From Azolla caroliniana (taxonomy: Eukaryota; Plantae; Polypodiophyta), in the NCBI GenBank assembly GCA_043228905.1, contig JBHGNT010000020.1, positions 11,408,001 through 11,472,000 on the forward strand: 64,000 nt of DNA, written 5' to 3'. Under the pieces are notes generated by a model that had not been told where the DNA came from, did no database searches, and saw only the letters and a program-made list of their open reading frames with translations. The translations under genes were made by a program, and so were the position numbers. Below are positions 12,400 through 25,895 of this stretch, one piece after another; position 1 is the first letter of the stretch, and each line of letters opens with the position of its first letter.

Positions 12400-14046
12400 G
12401 TAAGAGTTTCTTTCCTTTCCTCTCTCTGATTTCTTTCTCCTAATTCTCTCCCTCTCCGTCTCCCTTTCTTCTTTTTTCTTCTATTCTTGAGCAAACCCTT
12501 GTACAGAATCTCTTCTCGATCATTCTAATTTGTTGTTGTTGTTGTTGTTATGGTTGTGGAGTTTTTATTTTATGTTGGGAAAGATTTCCTTAGATAGATC
12601 CCTAAGAAAAGCATAATTGTGTGAATTTGTTTTGTTTTTGCTGTCCTTGCTAATGGTAGAATACGTTGGATGGATCCTCAGAAATCGTCAATATGAGATG
12701 ATAGTTTTATTTTTATTGTTGTTATCGTGTGAAAATTCTCGTATCAGAGATGTTGTACATTGTTATTTCTGAGATGACGATGCTGGTAATGGTAGAAAAA
12801 TTGTTGAGGTATTAATTGCTGTGGAATTGTTGCGTCTGAAAATTTGTTGTATCCAAGGTTATGTGGCCAATGATGTTGTTAATAATGTAAAAATTTGTTT
12901 TATTAAGATGTTAATTGCTGTGGAAATTGTTATATCTGAGGTACTGTTGTTAATGGCGTGAAAATTATTATTTCTATGATGTTGATTTTAATTGGAATGA
13001 AAATTGTGGGAACTGAGATGATTCTGTTAATGGTGCGGAAACGACTGTATCTGAGATGTTTAATGATATGTTATTAATGAAAGGAGGAGGCCAATACATT
13101 CTTTTTGGTACGACATATGTGTAATGATGGACTTGGAGCTAGACTGGCAGGCGATAAAATGGCTGAGGTATAGAGAAAACATAGATGGAGAAGGAGGAGA
13201 TACACATAGGTTTTTAGAGCCCCCTAATCTTATGTTTTAAGTGGCAAAAGTTTATCGTTTTAATAAATGTGATTTTAACACACTCAAGCCAGATCACACT
13301 GGCCTAGTGACCCAAATATGTCCGAGAAGCTCTCAACTAGAGTGTGAAATGGACTTTATAAATGTATAAATAAAGAATTCTTGGCCTTTATACCCAATAG
13401 TTAATGCTGGAAATTATGCATCACATCTGAAATATGCTGTTTATTAATGGTTTTCGGTTTCTGGTTTGATCCTCATTGGAACCTGTTGGATTGTTTCTCG
13501 GAAGCATCTGTCAGATGTGGTGTAAACAGTATGCAATCTGTTTCTTTATCTGCTCATAAGCATCAGTTTGAGTGCTGCTAATGGTGTTTTTCAAGAGATT
13601 ATAATCTGATGTAGAACACGCTGAATCAATACTCGGAAACATCATTCTGAAATCTCGTGAATGGTGTGTTCCCAGATATTATAGTCTGATGTAAAATGTG
13701 TTCAGGCAATCTCAGAGCATTAATTTGAGTTGTTAATGGCGTTTGGTTTAGAGACTACAATTTCAGATGTTATAATGGTGTTATGCTATCAAACCCTTGT
13801 AAATATTGTGAAATTCATTGGTTTTAATAGCCAGAATCATCAAATTTGAGATATTATTGGTGTTTTGTTTGTTAAAAAGGTTTTGAAACATGTCGGAATC
13901 AAGAACCAGAAAAATCAATCTCAGATGATATTAATGGTATTTTACTAGAGGCAATGTGGTCATGCCAGTGTGAGAATCCTCTTCCACAAACAAAAATGCA
14001 GTATCATTACTCTGGTAGATTTTAACCTTGGGTTCAATTTTCTGCT

Positions 14047-17000
14047 ATGGACACAATACCCATGCCTCAAATGAAAGATGACATTATCGATGCCAATAGC
14101 CATAGATTAAATGAAGATGAATCTCCTCTACTCACTGGAGCAGAGAAGGAAAATGCATTACATGAAGATGAAAAACAGCCAAAGGATCCCAAGAAGATGG
14201 TGGAAATCCTTCAAGAAATGGAAACCAAATATGCTGCATATGTAAGAAAAGACACATATGGAACCATGGGAAAAGGCGATCTTTCTGTCCGAGAGAAAGC
14301 AGTTCTAGTAGTAGCTCTACTTGTCTTTGTGCCAGTGAAAATAATTCTGATTTTTGCCATACTAGTAGCCTATTACATTATTTGCAGAGTATGCACTATG
14401 TTCAAATCACCTCAAGATATGGGAATAGATGAGAAGGATAGTATTTTGACAAAAAATGTCTCTAATGAGGAGAATGATAGCTCTGGAGATCAAAGCTTTT
14501 TACACATGAATCAAGGCAATTATGCAAATTTGATTGGCATGAGGAAATCAATCATTGTACATTCAGGGAGATTTTTTTCAAGATGTCTTCTTTTTATAGT
14601 AGGTTTCTATTGGATCAAAAGCACTAGAAGGGATTTACAATCGAACAGAAAGGCCTCTGAGGTAATAATAGACCATATTTAAGAAGATTATCATTGACTT
14701 TTTTGTGAAATGAATTTGAATACAATATTCAAAGTTAATTAATCCCTTGAAAGTACCACTTTACCTAGTTAAGACATACAAAAACCAAAACTTTATACAC
14801 AATGTGACTTGCAAAAATCAAAACGTCTGTATTTCCTTTGCAAATACCTTCGAATGTGTATGAAAGGAAAACATGGCTCTGTTGTGTTATTTAAACTTCA
14901 TGTTGTGGAAAAGATGCTTTCATGGCCGAAATTAATATGGAAATTTTGATCTGTTCATGTTTTCATTTGTAAAGGCCATATGAAGGTTTTTACCCATGCA
15001 TACAGGTGGGTACTTCTCATACAGCACATCCCCGACCTAGTGCCATTGTGTCTAATCATGTATCATATGTAGACATACTTTATCAGATGTCAGCTTCATT
15101 TCCTAGCTTTGTTGCGAAGGTAAGCCCAGTTAGAAGGCATATTTTAATTCTTTGTGACTAAGACAGATGCCTTAATAAGTGTGTTTGCTTCTTTTTTGCA
15201 TGTTTATGGTCATTCTTAAAGAGATCGGTTGCTAGATTGCCTCTTGTTGGTTTAATCAGGTTCTATATCTTTCTTAGCATATGTTTGGTGTCTGGTGCAA
15301 GAGTTCTTTTTTTAACTGTAAATGAATTCTTTGTCTGGATTTTGCAGCAAGTGTTTAGGATGTATCTATGTACAACGTGAAGATAAAACTTCAGGATTCA
15401 AGGGTGTTTCTGGTATAGACCTTTGGTTGATTCATCATGTCAATTGATGCGGACATTCTTCAGTTGATGAAAGTATAATTTAAATAATGATTTTCTAAGA
15501 AAGGATCTTCATAACCATTGAGGGTGGAATAGTATGGTTTCTATATATTGTTGAAAAGCTTATGCACCCTTTTTGCAAATTTGCTTTCACTGTGGATTCA
15601 TATGGATTGGAGATATGTATCTGAAATTTGAAACAGATCAAACCTTTCTGAAACGAGACATAATGGTTACTTAATATCTGCTGAGATAGAAAAATGTCAT
15701 AGGTTCCAGAATTTGACATTCTTGAAGATCTTTAACATGTGGGAATGACAAATGCGTAGTTTTTGAATTTCCTAGAATAGTCAAACCTCCTTTTTGTCCT
15801 TGTAAAACCAGGGAGAGACATATATTTTCTATATTGTGTTTGTTTTTAAATAAAATGAAGCGTGGTACCTTAGAGTGGACATTTTGTTAAAGTGATATTG
15901 AATGGTGGGTTTCATATGTAAGCTTGTGTCGAAAGCGTCAACCTAGTAGGTAAAAAATATAGTATCACTATAAAATAGAGTTCTATTTTTTCTAGTCTTC
16001 TTTAATTTGCCTTCTCAAAATTTCTGTTTTCTAGGAATTCTTCAGAAAAGGTTGGAACTGGCATCTACCAACAGTGATGCACCATTAATGATGCTTTTTC
16101 CTGGTTCGGCATAAATCCTCTCATTAACTTTCCATGCATGTGTGCTTATTTTGTCATCTCAGTTTTCCTTAATAATTATGTTCTATAAACAACCAGAAGG
16201 GACAACTACAAATGGGAACTATATACTTCCATTCAAGACAGGAGCATTCCTTGCAGGAACACCAGTGCAACCAGTTATTTTGAAGTATCCTTACACACGA
16301 TTTAGTCCTGCATGGGACACCATTTCTGGGGTAAGTATCCAATTTTTATGTACTCTAGAAGCTTTGATTTTGATATTATTATTGTAATGGGAGTTTGTTG
16401 ATAATTTGCAAGAGATCTTTAACTTAGCAAGAAGACATTATGTGTAAAACATATTCTGATGCATTGCCTCTTGTGTGCAAATGTAATGATAAATTAACCT
16501 CCAGAAATTTGAAATATAAGAGATATGCAACATATGCTTAAATCAAATAACTCCTCTTCCCCTATTTTAGGCAAAAAGTAAATTAAAATTAAAGCAGTAT
16601 TTCATCCTCCACAAAAACTCTCTAAATTTGAATCTTTCTAAACATGGACTTCCATTTAGTGAGGCAATGTTAAAAGAAAGAGTGTGATTTCGGGAAAAAG
16701 AATGCAAAAACAAACAATAATAAGTTCCGCTTCAGACTTAATAAAAGCTTTCCAAACCTGCATTATCTGTGAGCTTGTTTAATAAATGTAGTGTCAAATT
16801 TGGCTTACAAACCTACTAAGGGTAATGCAAATTGTGATATATAATGAAGCTACTAATTTTAGCAAAAACCAGAGTTAAAAAAATAAGCTTAGGCCACCTC
16901 TTAGTGAGACAGTGAGAATAATGTTTATAGCATTGACAATATTTAAGCACTCAAATTCATATTGTCAGGTACGACATGTGGTTTTGCTGTTGTGCCAATT

Positions 17001-17539
17001 CATAAATCACTTGGAAGTTGTTTGGCTTCCTGTATATGTTCCATCAGAGGAGGAAAAAGCTGATCCAAAGCTATATGCTAACAATGTGCGGAAGTTAATG
17101 GCAGCCGAAGTAAGCAATTTTAATTTTTTGTAAAGTTATCATATACATAAACTGCTGTTTTTCTTCAATTTGTAAAACTAGATTTTAACACTAGCAATGT
17201 GGAGAAACCAATGGCAGCTGAGAGAAGAAATTAATTCTATGTAAAGTTATCATATCAACTGCTACTTGTACTTTCTGCTGTAAAATTAGTTTTTAGTATT
17301 GAATGGGCAGCCCATGTTTTTAATATTGCTAATCAATAGTTATTTCTTTCAACAACCCTTTATCTTCGTTGTCAATTAAAAGTGATTTACCTTCACATAC
17401 CCTTGCTTTGTATCCTTAATTCATGTCATGTGACATGATACTACACTTAATGTATTTGTTTTTTCTATTTTGCAGGGTGGTCTTATCCAATCTGATATCG
17501 GATTGCATGAAAAGCGTATTTATCATTCCTTTTTGAATG
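14047..17539 (+). CDS. LPEAT1: Lysophospholipid acyltransferase, LPEAT1-like; exons 14047-14661, 15006-15119, 15222-15259, 15348-15412, 16035-16103, 16197-16330, 16969-17109, 17476-17539, plus an uncertain terminal exon (possibly 17914-17927)
   Basis: GT-AG exons splice in frame to give the acyltransferase motifs SNHVSYVD (HX4D), FPSFVAKRSV, FPEGTTTNG and PVQPVILKYP, plus an N-terminal hydrophobic segment. Confidence 0.88.
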
Positions 17540-20217
17540 GTAACTATTTTGTGTTCATCCTTCCTTTTCATTTTTTTAGTTTGTATTAAGCTTATGTTGA
17601 TGCTTCTCATTCATGCAGAAAACCTAAGTTCTATAGCTACTTCTGAATACGAAGCTCTTCATTGAGTATGTCTTGCAGAGATTGGATAAATAACTCTAAT
17701 CTGGGAGTATATTTTTGAGAAAACTAGTTCTCCAAAGATACAAAGTTAATGCACATTGAAAACGACCTGAATGAATGTATTATTAAAATTGGCCTTCTTC
17801 CTAAGGATCATTATATGCTAACCATGCAGCACATCTTTGATGTTGCTGTTTATTGTTCATGTACTGCATGCAGTACGTTGTATGTATGATGAACATTTTT
17901 GCTAAATGTTCAGGTCTCTCTCTTTAAGTGCTATTGAATACAACTAATAAATAAGAACAAGTGTCGGCTATTAACTCTTCTAGCCTTCTCATCATTCTAT
18001 TCTTGGTAAAATGCTTGATACTTGATTGAACCATCCTTTCATCCACGAGTTGGGAAAAGAAACAATTTCTTGTTCTCAAGTATCGGTCTCTTGATTATGT
18101 GTTTGTGATCACATGTAACCTGAATTCCATGAGCAGTAGCAAGAGAAATACCTACCAAGGTTATATGCAAATGTGACAGTCATCCTTTTTATGACTCATA
18201 GGTGTATTGATCATTACTAACATTGAGAAGAACAGACTAGTCATAATTTGTGTATGTATTTGCTGTGAATTTGTCAGTATAACACATGAATCAATACAAT
18301 AGATTGATAGTCCCCACTTGCTTCTTATTGTTCTTTTGCCAATCTAACCCCGTACTTATAGTCCAACGGTAATGAAGTTGAACTAGATTGATTCTGCTAA
18401 GCAATATCTAACGTGGTGGTAGGTAAGCAATATCTAACGTGGTCTTCAATGTATTGCAATAGAAGACAGTAGACAGGTTTACCATGAGAACAGTCGTTTG
18501 GTATCAATCAATGTTACGGTCTGATATTTGATACGAGAATACTTCATTCCATTTTTAGCGCCTTGTGAATCCTCGCTTGTGAATCAATAATGTTAAGGCT
18601 CAAGACAATACGGAGATTGAGTTTGAAGCTGTATATGGTGAGGATTCTTGCAGTAGTTTATGCTTATTTCTGACATGCGTTTTGGCATAGTTTTGACAAT
18701 GCTCAAGGTCATTTTCTACATCATAAGAGTTCAAACTTTGATTTGCTGGCCTGTTACTAGAAACAACTCGACATTTATGTTTTACTAGTGTTTTCTACAT
18801 TTGGCATGTGCAACATTCACCCATAGATGTATACTGATTAAACATTGGCATGTGAATTAACTTTTAAACCCACGTATCAAAGACTGTTGTACCGTTGCTT
18901 GACTTTTAATGTTTTCTTTCATCCATGATTAGTGTTGCATTATTACAAGTTGCAAATAAGACGTGCATTCTTTACTCCTTAACTACACTCTCATATATTC
19001 CTTTAATCCAAATGAGAAATTGAAAATGAGGGAGATAAAAAGGTGTATTGATTAAATACTAATCAATTAAAATTGACCTGCATACCATTGTGTCTGACCA
19101 AAGTAACCAAACCACTGAAAGGTGAAAAATCTAGAATTTTACAAACGAGTTGTATATAACTGAACAATTGTCAATGCATCTAGATCCGAGGCTTCTTAAT
19201 TCCCAGTCTACGACTTTTTAGATTGGAGAACTAAGGTATTTTGTGATATCCCAGAATATGCATCACGAAAGAAATACCTAAAAAGAACAAGGGGTCTCAG
19301 CAACCACCCATTGCATGTTAGAAACATTGATATAGATTACATATCTGTAAATTAGTTTCGGACAGAGTTTTGGACAAAATCTATCAAAGATGAGATCAAT
19401 CCTGAATCATGGCCACAATGAAAGGGTTATCTCTGCACAGTCAAATTGCTTTTTGGCTCTGTGCCCTAATTCAATTAACAGTTACCTTATAACCGTCTAT
19501 TCCCCCTATCACAAATTAAAAGTTACATATAACCACCATCAATGTAGGAGTTAAAACGAAAACCTAAGTCCAAGATCATTTGGAAATATGCACTGTACAT
19601 CTACCATAAAAAGGAACATATGGACCAGCTGTATGCCATTGACATTTGCTAGCCATGAGTACCAACTTCTAGCAAAAACATATTAGCCAAGCATTTGTGG
19701 TTCAGATCTCCAATATGTATACTATTTTAGAGCAATTCCTTAGCCAACCAAATGTGGTTTGTCTCATATTTGTGTACCAATCTCCTCCCAAGGACAGGAT
19801 ATATTATTAGGGCCATTCCTTCTTGCCTTAAAACAAGCACGCTTGGGTAACTTATTTGATCTCAAATGTGCTAGTCATGTTAAAAATGAACTTTCAACAC
19901 CATAATTCAGAGAATCATCAACTAGCATTATTGGATTATAAGTAATCATGAGGATATAGCCACAGACCTGACTGAAATTTTAGACAAGTGGAGTTCTACC
20001 TCAAACAAATATTTTGACATTGGGTTTGAAATTCATACCCTAGAAGAAATACCCTTTATCGAATTCTCAACGTACATTTCCAATGCTTAAAATGTATAAG
20101 GCATGTAATAATACATCTTAAGCTTGTAGAATGCTCGTAGAATCAAGAAAAAGGCCTGTCACTTATTTCCCTATATTTCAGTCAATGCCCCCTGATTAAA
20201 GAGGACCGCAACACTTC

Positions 20218-21690
20218 TCAAAGCAAGAGTATAATACTCAGATTAAGTTGATCTATATCAATATATACAACAAATGGATCCACTAACTGAGCCTGTACAA
20301 CACTTTTGCCAAACTTATATATAAGTTGAATATCATTTACTTTGTTTATCTGTCTCATTGCAGATAAAGTGAGATGGTTGTCAGGAAGGAGACCTTGATC
20401 CAACATCTCTATAAAAACATGAATGGCCTCCTTTATATGACCTCCATTAGCAAATCCTCCGAATATAGCTGCATAAGATTTCTTATCGGGGACATGCCCA
20501 TAGTCTTTCATCATGTTCAAAATAACTGTTGTTAGATTTACGTGGTTACCATAAGCACATATTCCAAGCACAGTATTGAATAGCTTTGCTTGAATGGGCT
20601 TTTTTGTGTGGTTGTGTGTCCTTTTCAAGTTCCATAGTGTTTGTGTAGCCTCAACGCCTCGTCCAGAGATACAATACATGGCTAGCAACTTCTTATATAT
20701 AGAAGAGTCTGAAACATGCTGATGATCTTCTAATGCCCAAGTTGCAATTTGTTCTGCTTTCTTATGCAACTTATTCTCATACTCCCTTATAGCCTTCTCA
20801 TCAGATTCTTTTAGTTCTACAGTACCTTTTTTATGGTATGCGTACAAATCTCGAACCACTTTTGTAAGTTGTTTTTGCTCAAAGAGAACCGCGAGTAGAG
20901 CAATGTTATAAATCCCAAATGAAATCTTCTTTGAAGAATTGACATTCATCCGGAGTCGAAAAACAAGATCAACTGCCTGAGATTGATCATTGCTATGAAT
21001 CATCCTCCACATTAATGAAACAAGACAATGCTCATCATCAACAATATTATCTAAAGCAAGATCTAATGCATGCTCTTTCAATCCTCTATCCCAATAAGCG
21101 ATAACTAAGGACTGAAGGATGTCTGGGTCAGGCCTTAACCCTACACATATCATGTCTTGAAGAATGTTTTTCACATCATTTAAAGGTAAATCAGATTCGA
21201 CCAAGCGCATAAGCCATTTGGATATAATGGACATCATTAGATCTCTTGTTTCTTCATCTTCGGCTCGGCCTGACATTTTCATCCAATCGAAGATTTCTAG
21301 AGCATACCAGATATCTCTACCTTCTTGTGAGAAGTAAAGAAGGATGGATTGTAAGTCTTTTGTGGATAAACTCTCTTGCAATTCTTCAAGAACCTCTTGA
21401 GGCTCTCTAATGAGCACTTCAACTTCGTATATCGCCGCGGCTATGGCATCATCATCATCATCGAAAGGAAAAGATGAAAGAGAGGAGGAGGCACGTACCG
21501 CTTCCTTAGTCTTACTTTTGCTCTTGACAAAGGGAATCATGCAGCTTTCGTTGTAGATGCAGAGAGGGTTTGGTGTGATGATGCCCTTATGCTTGAGTGA
21601 GGCTGCAAAGGGTGCATAGCCATAGCCGATGCATGTCCTGGAGAGGAGGGAAGAGATGGTGGTGATGCAGAGGGCCTGCAAGGCAGCCAT
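20218..21690 (-). CDS. Pentatricopeptide-repeat protein, probably plastid-targeted (At2g30100-like); intronless
   Basis: First ATG at 21690 (MAALQAL...) with a Ser-rich transit-like N-terminus. EPQEVLEEL...LLYFSQEGRDIWYALEIFDWM block and C-terminal PPR motifs (FNTVLGICAYG, PDKKSYAAIFGGFANGG). Confidence 0.85.
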   Translation of the reverse strand: MAALQALCITTISSLLSRTCIGYGYAPFAASLKHKGIITPNPLCIYNESCMIPFVKSKSKTKEAVRASSSLSSFPFDDDDDAIAAAIYEVEVLIREPQEVLEELQESLSTKDLQSILLYFSQEGRDIWYALEIFDWMKMSGRAEDEETRDLMMSIISKWLMRLVESDLPLNDVKNILQDMICVGLRPDPDILQSLVIAYWDRGLKEHALDLALDNIVDDEHCLVSLMWRMIHSNDQSQAVDLVFRLRMNVNSSKKISFGIYNIALLAVLFEQKQLTKVVRDLYAYHKKGTVELKESDEKAIREYENKLHKKAEQIATWALEDHQHVSDSSIYKKLLAMYCISGRGVEATQTLWNLKRTHNHTKKPIQAKLFNTVLGICAYGNHVNLTTVILNMMKDYGHVPDKKSYAAIFGGFANGGHIKEAIHVFIEMLDQGLLPDNHLTLSAMRQINKVNDIQLIYKFGKSVVQAQLVDPFVVYIDIDQLNLSIILLL

Positions 21691-23918
21691 TAGACCAGTC
21701 CTCCATCCACAGGAGGAGAGGGAAAACAAGGGAGAATTGGTGACTACAAGAAACCATGGAATGGAATGATTCACCAAAACTGTGTACAGATTTATTAGAG
21801 TCTCTTATGCAATCGCCCAAATGGTTTGGTGTCCGCAGCGACAATCGATTCGAATCGATGGACTTTGTCTGATTCACACTTTTCTATCGGCGAGATGCCA
21901 AATCTCGGCACGCACAAAATCGAGCCACCGAATGTTGTCCAACCCAATCAATTCGATTCGATCCGATCTGACATGTAAATCTCTAAGCACTCGGAATCAT
22001 AAGCCCGAGGCTCCTACATGTTCCGATTCGAGTTGGAAAAACGTTAAGAATTCGGCATCATACCATAATAGCTCCAACCTCCAACATATAGAAGTCGATT
22101 CTCATTATCGAAAAGTCTTGTTGAGTCACATGTAAAATGGTTGACCTACATATGAAAACCGCTAGAAGCTAACCTTACTACCAAGCTCAATCCACAGGTA
22201 AAACGTATTGAATCTCGATGTGGACAATCAGGTCATGCAATGTCGTGAGTCACATGAATTATCCTCAAGGCTTACGATATGTCATACATTATCTATCTGA
22301 TATCAACAAGTAGAATCTCATTGTGCAAAAAAGTCAAGCTATAAAATGGCATACATTAGAAATTTCCTAAATGACTTGATTGGTTTTGGACACTATTAAG
22401 AACTTGTCCTCTAATCATAAGCACATGATATCCACAAATGCATATAGACAAAGGTGAGCCTTGGTATGGACAAGCTAGGTCTCATCTTGCTTATCATAAT
22501 AGATGAGACAATACAACAAAGTTGGGGACTTGGTTCCCTCATTTGTTCATTCATTCATTCTCTTTCATCTCAAATCTCTTTTTCTCTCTCATTGTGACTT
22601 TATCCCTTAGCATGATTGTGTTCCCATGGATGCTAATCAATATGGACAAGATAACATGTGCTACCTTTCTCCTTCCTTCCAAGTTCCCACTCTCTCGAGT
22701 CTCAATCACCTCCTTTAGGTGAGGTTTTGAATGATGGTTCGAATTCAAAATCCATATTTATGTGAAAAGAACATCGTCTACAAAAAAAAGTAGAAAACAA
22801 TATTCGTAAAATTAAAACGATGAGCAATTATATCATACAAAAATGAGAAAAAGGAAGACAATAAAATTTTGGCACATAAACATGGGGGAACAAACTTATG
22901 GCACAATATCAAGGAGTAAATGATTTATGATTATCTTAGATCAATAACTAATAATGCATTAGTAATTCTGTATTGATAAATTGTAATTTATTCAACATGT
23001 GAAAGAGCAAATGATGTTGTTACCTCGTATACGAATAATCTTTGGCAATCACAATCGAGGTACTATTTTCAAGTGGATAATGAATCAATTACTTACTCCC
23101 ATATCCAATTTTATTGACTTTGAATGCTAATGTTAGTGACTTAAAAATATACCCACAACGCCCATGGATGGTTGGGAATGGAATACGACATAGTTTCGAC
23201 AAGCTTATAATTACTTTGTATGTTGGCACTAGTGATATAGACACACATGCAACTTGAAATGAGAAGCAACCCATTTAGGGAAAGGTGCAAATATAGAAGA
23301 TAGAAGTATGTATGAAGGGAGAGAAACTGACCAATATGAACACGAAATGACACAGTCACAAACGAACGATATGAAAGAGCAAATTCACAAGAAGATCTCG
23401 ACGTTGAACCAATGGATTGGGGGGGGGGTCCAAATAGTGGGTGTAAGGGCAAATATGAAGGGAAATGACCTAAAAAGCATCAGAAAAATGTGAAGGGTTA
23501 TATGCTTGTGTGGTGGTGGTGGTGGTAAGAGGTGTGAAGGGGTTGGGTTGAGTAGTAGTAGTAGTAGTAAGAAGGGATGTGGTGTGTATGTGTGTGGCAA
23601 GAGGAAGAAGATGACGGCCAAGGAAAACACAAAAGGAAACAAAACGGTTATGACGGTTGAAAGGTACTCCTTTGAGAAGAAATGAGTTTGGCTCATAACA
23701 TCATATATATATATATATATATAAACCATAACGGCCAACTAACCAACACACACACACATAATACTCTACCATCACTACTACTACTCGTTAGTTCTTAGGA
23801 CTAGTGCCACTACTACTACTAGGAGTGCTACTCCTATTACTAGAGAAGAAGAAGAAGAAGAAGAAGAAGAAGAAGAAAGAAGCCCTCGGTGGTTGCCCCC
23901 ACCCCTCCACTCATCAAT

Positions 23919-25895
23919 ATGTCTTCCTCCTCCCACGGTTTCCGTATTGCCGCCGCCGCTCCCAACCTCTCTTCTCCATGTGATGATGCTCTACAAGGAG
24001 CTTGTGGCGGCGACAGCTCCGAGCAATCCTATGGCTCCCATCAAACTCCCCCCGACAATGTGTCGGCCATCCATGTCCATGTCCATGAACTATGTCCGTG
24101 CCGCCTCGTGGCCACCATCGCGGCACCCGGCACTACTCACACTAACTCCACCGCCCCTTCGCCCTCGTGGTTCGCCCCGCCTACCAACTCCATGGGGGCC
24201 CCCGAAGTCCTCACCGTGCTCGGAGGCAAGGCCTCGTGCCGCCGCAAGTTCGTGGTCCACGTCCACCTCCTGGACCCCGAGGGCCGAATCGTCCCCCTCG
24301 ACCTCCCCATCGTGGCGTCCGTGGCGTTTGCACATGACCGCACCCCCCTCCTCGCCACTGGCCCCCCGCCGCCCGACTCCGGGGGAGAGCCCCCGCTCTT
24401 CACCACGTTCAACGGGGTCGAATTCCCCGCCCACGACAACCCGACGTGCATGGTCTCCGGCCGTGCCACTTTCAAGCTCGCGCTCTCACTCCTCTCGTCC
24501 AAATTCGACAACCGCCTCTTCTGCATTTGCTTCACGCCGCAATGGCCACCGGACAACAACGAGGAATTCTTATGCGGCCCGTGCTTTTCTTCCCCGATTC
24601 GGAGCATATCTCGGAAGAGAGCTAGCACCGCCCCCTCGGCCCCGCCCCCTCTCAATCTCCATGTGAACCACCACCAGCACTATAACCGCTATGTCCCGCC
24701 GCCACCGCTCATGGTTGCTACTTCTCCACCTCGCGTAATAACACCTACCCAACTCTCGCCCAATCATTCTAGTAGCGAGGACCGCCATCACCACCACCAC
24801 CACCACCACCGCAAGGGGCGGCCAACCTCCGCTACCCATCCATCCAAGCCTAGCTTGTTCTCCACCTCCAGATCAGCCAATGTCCCCCCTGGGAATCTAT
24901 GTACCCAGCAGCAGCTCCTCATGTTGAATATGCAACAGCGGAGGAGCCGCTGCCTCACGCCTCCGAGCCCCCCCTTGGTGGAATCGTGCAGCCCGCACAA
25001 CAACAACAACAACAACAACAACGATTCCGCGTCCGAGAGCACTTGCACGATCGATCATCACCACCAATTCCAGTATAGCACTAGTAATTCTTCGAGCACC
25101 ATTGCTGGCCCGCTTCATCATCATACCCTTTACAACCATAATGTATCGAATCCTTTGTGTTCCTCGTGTAATGCCGCCCAAATTAACCTCCACCGCCCGT
25201 TAAGCGCACCGTCACCGCCTGTTAGTGGCGGTGTCGGTGGTGCTTCTCGGCTTCTCATACGGCCCCGAGCTAGCATCGGAGTGTGCCGGCTCCCCTTTGT
25301 CGTAGGAAACAACAACAATCCTCCACCTGATGTGTCGAAGGGCAGCGTTACTACTCATATCAAATTCAGCCAATCAATGCAAGCACACCATCACCATGAT
25401 CATGGGGATGCAGAGGCCATGATCATGGATGGAAGCAGCCCTAATAAGGGCATGCTGGTGGCAGTGCAACAAGGAGGCGGATCAACACGAGAGATGTCGG
25501 TACATGACAAGTTGTCGAGAAACAACAATTCGGCAATGGAGCCAGCCGTGAGGCACCACCACCGTATGGACGCGGAAGTGCGGAGTGTAAATAAGCCGAG
25601 AAGTGCGGGAGGATTGAAAGCATCGGATCGAGCGGCGGCGAGGAGCGAAGTAGAGGAGCAGGAGAGGGCAATTCATTACCTTGAGCTCACCCTTTATGAG
25701 GTGAGTAGGGAGATTCACAAGAGGAAGGAGGAGGTGAGGATGAAACGACGGCGGCTAATCATGGCGGGAGTCGTTCCCCGGGAGGAGGAGGAGGAGGAGG
25801 AGGAGGAGATGGAGGAGGAAATAGAGAAGGATCTTCATAACTTTTCTATCTCTCCATGGATCAATAGCTTGACTGCAACCAAGCTCACCCACTAG
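23919..25895 (+). CDS. Protein with the STAT-like/CudA-type putative DNA-binding domain of plant SH2-domain proteins, a long low-complexity region and a C-terminal coiled coil; no SH2 domain
   Basis: 658-aa intronless ORF from the first ATG. The block VLGGKASCRRKF...EPPLFTTFNGVEF...GRATFKLALSLLSSKFDNRLFCICF...SSPIRSISRKR matches my recollection of the middle domain of AtSHA/AtSHB. Poly-H/N/E tracts. Confidence 0.75.
   Translation: MSSSSHGFRIAAAAPNLSSPCDDALQGACGGDSSEQSYGSHQTPPDNVSAIHVHVHELCPCRLVATIAAPGTTHTNSTAPSPSWFAPPTNSMGAPEVLTVLGGKASCRRKFVVHVHLLDPEGRIVPLDLPIVASVAFAHDRTPLLATGPPPPDSGGEPPLFTTFNGVEFPAHDNPTCMVSGRATFKLALSLLSSKFDNRLFCICFTPQWPPDNNEEFLCGPCFSSPIRSISRKRASTAPSAPPPLNLHVNHHQHYNRYVPPPPLMVATSPPRVITPTQLSPNHSSSEDRHHHHHHHHRKGRPTSATHPSKPSLFSTSRSANVPPGNLCTQQQLLMLNMQQRRSRCLTPPSPPLVESCSPHNNNNNNNNDSASESTCTIDHHHQFQYSTSNSSSTIAGPLHHHTLYNHNVSNPLCSSCNAAQINLHRPLSAPSPPVSGGVGGASRLLIRPRASIGVCRLPFVVGNNNNPPPDVSKGSVTTHIKFSQSMQAHHHHDHGDAEAMIMDGSSPNKGMLVAVQQGGGSTREMSVHDKLSRNNNSAMEPAVRHHHRMDAEVRSVNKPRSAGGLKASDRAAARSEVEEQERAIHYLELTLYEVSREIHKRKEEVRMKRRRLIMAGVVPREEEEEEEEEMEEEIEKDLHNFSISPWINSLTATKLTH

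Noticed and set aside
21691-21777. N-terminal extension of the PPR ORF
   Set aside because: Starts at a non-ATG codon; the first ATG at 21690 gives a plausible transit peptide.
23893-24666. Overlapping 257-aa alternative-frame ORF
   Set aside because: Expected by-product of GC-rich coding sequence; no ATG start and no recognisable domain.
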